64,000 nucleotides of DNA from Mustelus asterias (Eukaryota), in the NCBI RefSeq assembly GCF_964213995.1, contig NC_135808.1, forward strand, positions 33,790,001 to 33,854,000, read 5' to 3'. The notes under the pieces were generated by a model. It was not told the DNA's origin, ran no database searches, and saw nothing but the letters and a program-made list of their open reading frames with translations. Each line of letters starts with the position of its first letter. The stretch's first letter is position 1. This document shows positions 59,747 to 64,000 of the stretch, in pieces. Made by a program: the position numbers and the translations under genes.

Positions 59747-62700
59747 GCTGAGCATTTTATTTGCTGTAATTTAGTGACTAGATCCTCATTAGTGTATGCT
59801 ATATTTACTATAATTTAGAGACTGGATCCTCACTTCTGTTTTTATTTACTGTAATTTAGAAACTGTGTCCTCACTGGTGTGTGTTATATTTACTATAGAT
59901 TAGTGACTGGATCCTCACTGGTGTGTGTTATATTTACTGTAATTTGACGGGATCCTCACTGGTGTGTGTTATATTTACTGTAATTTAGAGACTGGGTCAT
60001 CACTGGGGTGTGTTATATTTACTGTAATTTAGAGAACTGGGTCATCACTGGTGGGGTTATATTTAGATTAGTTGCTCACTGTTGAGTGTGATATTTGCTG
60101 TAATTTAGTGACTGGATCCTCACTGATTTGGCTTATATTTACTATGGTTTAGTCACTATACTTTCATTGGCGAGGGCTATATTTGCTGTAGTTTAGGGAC
60201 TGGATCGTCACTGGCCTGTATTTTGTTTACTGTAATTTATAGAGAGGATCCTAACTGGAATGTATTATAGTTACTGTAATATAGTGACTCCATCCTCACT
60301 GGCGCATGAGATTATATTAAATCTAGTTTAGAGACCGTATCCTCAACTGGTTTGTCTGATGTTCACTTTAGGTTTGAAACTGGATCCTCAGTGTTATATT
60401 TCCTGTAGTTTAGAGAGTGGATCCTCACTAATATGTTATATTTACTGTAGTTGATGCCTCGTCCTCAATGCTGTGCTTTATTTATTGTGAATTCGGACTG
60501 GATCCTCACTGGTTTACTTAATATTTACTGAGATTTAGAGGCTGGATCTTTACTGGTGGGTGATATATTTACTGTGGTTTACAGACTGGATAGAGTGTGT
60601 TATATAAACTCTAGGTTTGTGAACTGGAATCTAATATAACACAAACTAGTGAGGATTCAGTTTCTAAGTTACAGTAAATATAAAGTAAACCAGTGAGGAT
60701 TTGGCCTCCAAACTACACACACCAGTGAGGATCTAATCTCTAAACAAGACATTATATAACACCACACCAGTGAGGATTCAGTTTCTAACCTATAATAAAT
60801 ATAACACAAACTAGTGAGGATCTAGTCTCTAACTACAGTAAATATAACATATACCAGTGAGGATCCAATCACTGAACTACCATAACTATAATGCCACAGA
60901 GTGAGAATACAATGACTAAATTACATTAAATCATAGAATAGAATCCGTACAGTGGAGAAGGAGGCCATTGAGTCTCCACCGACTCTCCGACAAAGCATCA
61001 TTCACTTCACGAAACTACAATAAATATAACCCACACCGGTGAGAATGCAGTCATTAAACTACAGTAAATACAACACATAACAGTGGGACTTCAGTCTCTA
61101 AATTATTGTAAATATAACCCAAACCAGTGAGGATCCAGTCACTAAATTACAGCAACTATCATGCTCACCCATGAGGATGCAGTCACTAATCTACAGTAAA
61201 TATAACAGTTTTGTGACTGGATCATCACTCATTTGTATTATATTTACTGTCGTATAGATGCTGGATCTTCACTGGTGTGTGTTATATTTACTGTAATTTA
61301 AAGACTGGATCATCATTGATGTGGTGTTATACTTACTGCAGTTTCATGACTTGTTCCTCAATTCTGTGCTATTATGAATTAGACTGGATCCTCACTGGTT
61401 TACTTAATATTTTTTTGAGGTTTCGAGACAGGATTCTCACTGTATATTTGTGAATGGACTCTAATTGGTATACATTATATTTGCTGTAGTTTCATGACCA
61501 GATCAAGACTGTTGTGTTATATTTATTGTAGTTTCGGGATTGGATCATCTCATGTTTGTGTTATACTTACTGCATTTTATATCTGGATCCTAACAGATAT
61601 AATGTTTACTGTTTTTTAGAGACTGGGTCCTCACTGATGTGGGTTAGATTTAATGTAATTTAATGACTGGATCATCAATGGTTTGTGTTGTATTTACTAT
61701 AGTTTCCAGACTGGAACCTCACCGATGTAATATTTACTGTTTTTTAGAGGCAGAATCCTTACTGGTCTGTGTTACATTTACTGTGATTTCGAAGCTGGAC
61801 CATCACTGTTGTGTGTTATATTTAAGATAGTTTAGACTGGATCCTCAGTGGTGTGGGTTATATTTACTGCAGTTTAGAGACTGGATGTTCATTGGTATAT
61901 GTTATATTTACTGTTGTCTAGAGACTCGACCTCACTGGTGTGGGTTATATTTAATGTAGTTTAGTGACTGGATCATCTCTGGTTTGTGTTATATTTCTTG
62001 TAATTTATAGATTGGTCCTCACTGATTTTTGTGATATGCGCTTTAGGTTAGAAATTGGATTCTCTCTGGTTACTGCACCTAGACACTGAATCTTCACTGG
62101 TGTGCGTTGTATTTGCTGTTGCATAGAGATTGGATTCTCAAAGGTGGCTGTATATTGTTTGTAGTTCAGTGACTGCATCCTCAATGCTGTGTGTTATATT
62201 TAATGTAGCTGAGACTGGATCCTCATTGGTGTGTATTATATTTACTGTACATTAGTGACTGGATCCTCACTGTTAAGCATTTTACTTGCTGTAATTTAGT
62301 GACTAGATCCTCACCAGTGTGTATTATATTTCTTGCAGCATAAAGACTGGATCCTCACTGGTTCGTGTTAGATTTATTGTAGTTCAGTGACTGGTTCGTC
62401 ACCAGTGGTGTTATATTTACTATAATTGAGAGACCAGATCCTCACTAATGTGTGTTTTATTTTGCGTAATTTACTGACTGGATCCTTACTGCTTTATGTC
62501 ATATTTACGGTATTTTAGAGGCTGAATCCTAACTAGTCATAAATTTACTGTTGTTTAGTGACTGGATCCTCACTGGTTTGTTATATTTACTTTAATTTTG
62601 TGTTTATTGAATTGATCCACTTACAGTGATTCATATATTTGATTCCAATCTCTATGCCTTATATTTATCTATATTTATTTTGTGTATTGACTATAGCCTC

Positions 62701-63057
62701 ATGGAGGACTTTCTTTTGTGCTATTTGTTTTGGTCCGGTCCTCACTAGTGCCTGTGACCCAGCAGTTTATTGACTATATCTTCTTTGGTGCAGGTTATAT
62801 TTGCTGTAGTTTAATGACTGGATCTTCACTGTGTTACTTTTCTCCAATGGGAAATTGTGTTTTCACTGGCATGTGTCAAATTAAGCAAGTTCAGCCAATA
62901 GAATTTAAGTTGTATATTTGTCAAATTTAACATAATTTATTGTCTGGCTGCTCACTCATGCTTCACAATTGGTCTAATGACTAGGTGCTTATTTGCGTGC
63001 ATTTGTGCCCGAATCTTCAGTGGTATGCTAGCTTTACTGCAATTTATTGGCTAGATA

Positions 63058-63445
63058 GGGACGGCATGGTGGTGCAGTGGTTAGCACTGCTGTCTCATAG
63101 CACCAGGGACCCAGGTTCAAATTCGGCCTTGGGTGACTGTCTGTGTGGAGTTTGCATGTTTTCCCAGTGTCTATATAGGTTTCCTCTGGGTTCTCCAGAC
63201 CAAAGATGTGCAGGTTAGGTTAATTGGCCATGCTAAATTTTCCCTTCGTGTCCAAAGATGTATAGGTTAACTTGAGGTTTTTTTATTAGTGCCACAATTA
63301 GGCCTAGATTAACGCTGCAATGAAGTCACTGCAATGAAAAGGTTAGGGGGACTATTGGGCTAAATGTGAGGGGTTATGGGGATAGGGCCTGGGTAAGATG
63401 CTCTGAGAGTCGGTGCAGACTCGATGGGCTGAATGGCCTCCTTAT
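63058..63445 (+). mobile_element. HE1-type V-SINE
   Basis: GGCATGGTGGTGCAGTGGTTAGCAC head, V-domain, CR1-like tail. Confidence 0.85.
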
Positions 63446-63659
63446 ACAGATTATTTGAGATACTCACTGGCATGTGTTACATTGACAGTAATTTACTGAG
63501 TAGCTCCTTAACGCCTTGAGGATATGTTCACTGCAACTCTGGGACCTATTAATGAGTAAAATGGAGATTAGGGAATGAATTATCAAGTCAGCATCTTTAT
63601 GAAGATGTTTTTTTTGTTGATTATGGTCTTGCCTTATCCTTTGTTTGGAAGTGTCTGTC

Positions 63660-63978
63660 TACACTTCCAGCTGCTTTGGAAAAGCAACCAGCATAACCAG
63701 GTCCCCACACACCCCGGACGTATTCTCTTCCATCTTCTTCTGTCGGGAAAAAGATACAGCAGTCTGAGGTTACATACCAACCAACTCAAGAACAGCTTCT
63801 TCACTGCTGCCATCAGACTTTTGAATGGACTTACCTTAAATTGATCTTTCTCTACACCCTAGCTATGACTGTAAAACTACCTTGCCTTTCCTTCTCTATA
63901 AATGGTATGCTTTGTATGGCACGCAAGAAACAATACTTTTCACTGTATACCAATACGTGTGACAATAATAAATCAAAT
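63660..63978 (+). mobile_element. Rex1/Babar LINE 3' fragment
   Basis: Matches 25250-25594; AATAAATCAAAT tail. Confidence 0.85.
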
Positions 63979-64000
63979 GTGTTTTCTTCGGTTTAAAAGT

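Larger units (their letters stand above)
39110..62600 (+). repeat. satellite B: 44-bp tandem array (GAGACTGGATCYTCACTGGTGTGTGTTATATTTACTGTARTTTA); outlying remnants at 23947-24020, ~25620-25660 and 34915-35300
   Basis: Period 44 counted directly (e.g. 49261-49304). Homogeneous cores at ~46380-46800, 47900-49380 and 51900-53300; degenerate flanks; inverted block at ~60632-61206. Confidence 0.97.

Noticed and set aside
39110-62600. Satellite B as a CRISPR array or an array of V(D)J recombination signals (CACAGTG and GGTTTGTGT occur in variant monomers)
   Set aside because: There are no unique spacers or cas genes, and the DNA is eukaryotic. The heptamer- and nonamer-like words are adjacent or ~31 bp apart, not 12/23 bp in RSS orientation, and no V/J segments are present.
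7000-64000. Neighbouring MHC genes (e.g. BRD2/RING3, class I, TAP, PSMB) expected near shark b2m
   Set aside because: No recognisable exons of these genes in the window; MHC linkage cannot be shown from this sequence.

Overview
Vertebrate genomic DNA, almost certainly elasmobranch (shark), judged by HE1/V-SINE repeats and a shark-type protein sequence. The only host gene I can support is a complete 4-exon beta-2-microglobulin gene on the + strand (CDS 3183-3237, 4748-5020, 6175-6185; 112 aa; non-coding exon 4 from 6298). Its promoter carries an ISRE plus an X1-X2-Y module. The rest of the window is two minisatellite/satellite domains and nested transposable elements. The 45-47-bp satellite spans ~8.85-14.5 kb and has two internal inversions. 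The 44-bp satellite has its main array at ~39.1-62.6 kb, with remnants back to 23.9 kb. The TEs include CR1, L2, Rex1/Babar, RTE, Penelope-like elements, two solo LTRs, HE1-type SINEs, and a Harbinger relic with its MITEs. Most notable observations: minimal hammerhead ribozymes in the Penelope repeats; an HDV-like fold at the RTE 5' end; a LINE ORF2 headed directly by a tRNA/Deu-SINE-like leader with no ORF1; and two unique-sequence islands 8-12 kb downstream of b2m packed with NF-kB/STAT/C-EBP motifs. Repeat family names come from recognised motifs, not database searches, and TE boundaries are approximate unless a TSD is cited.
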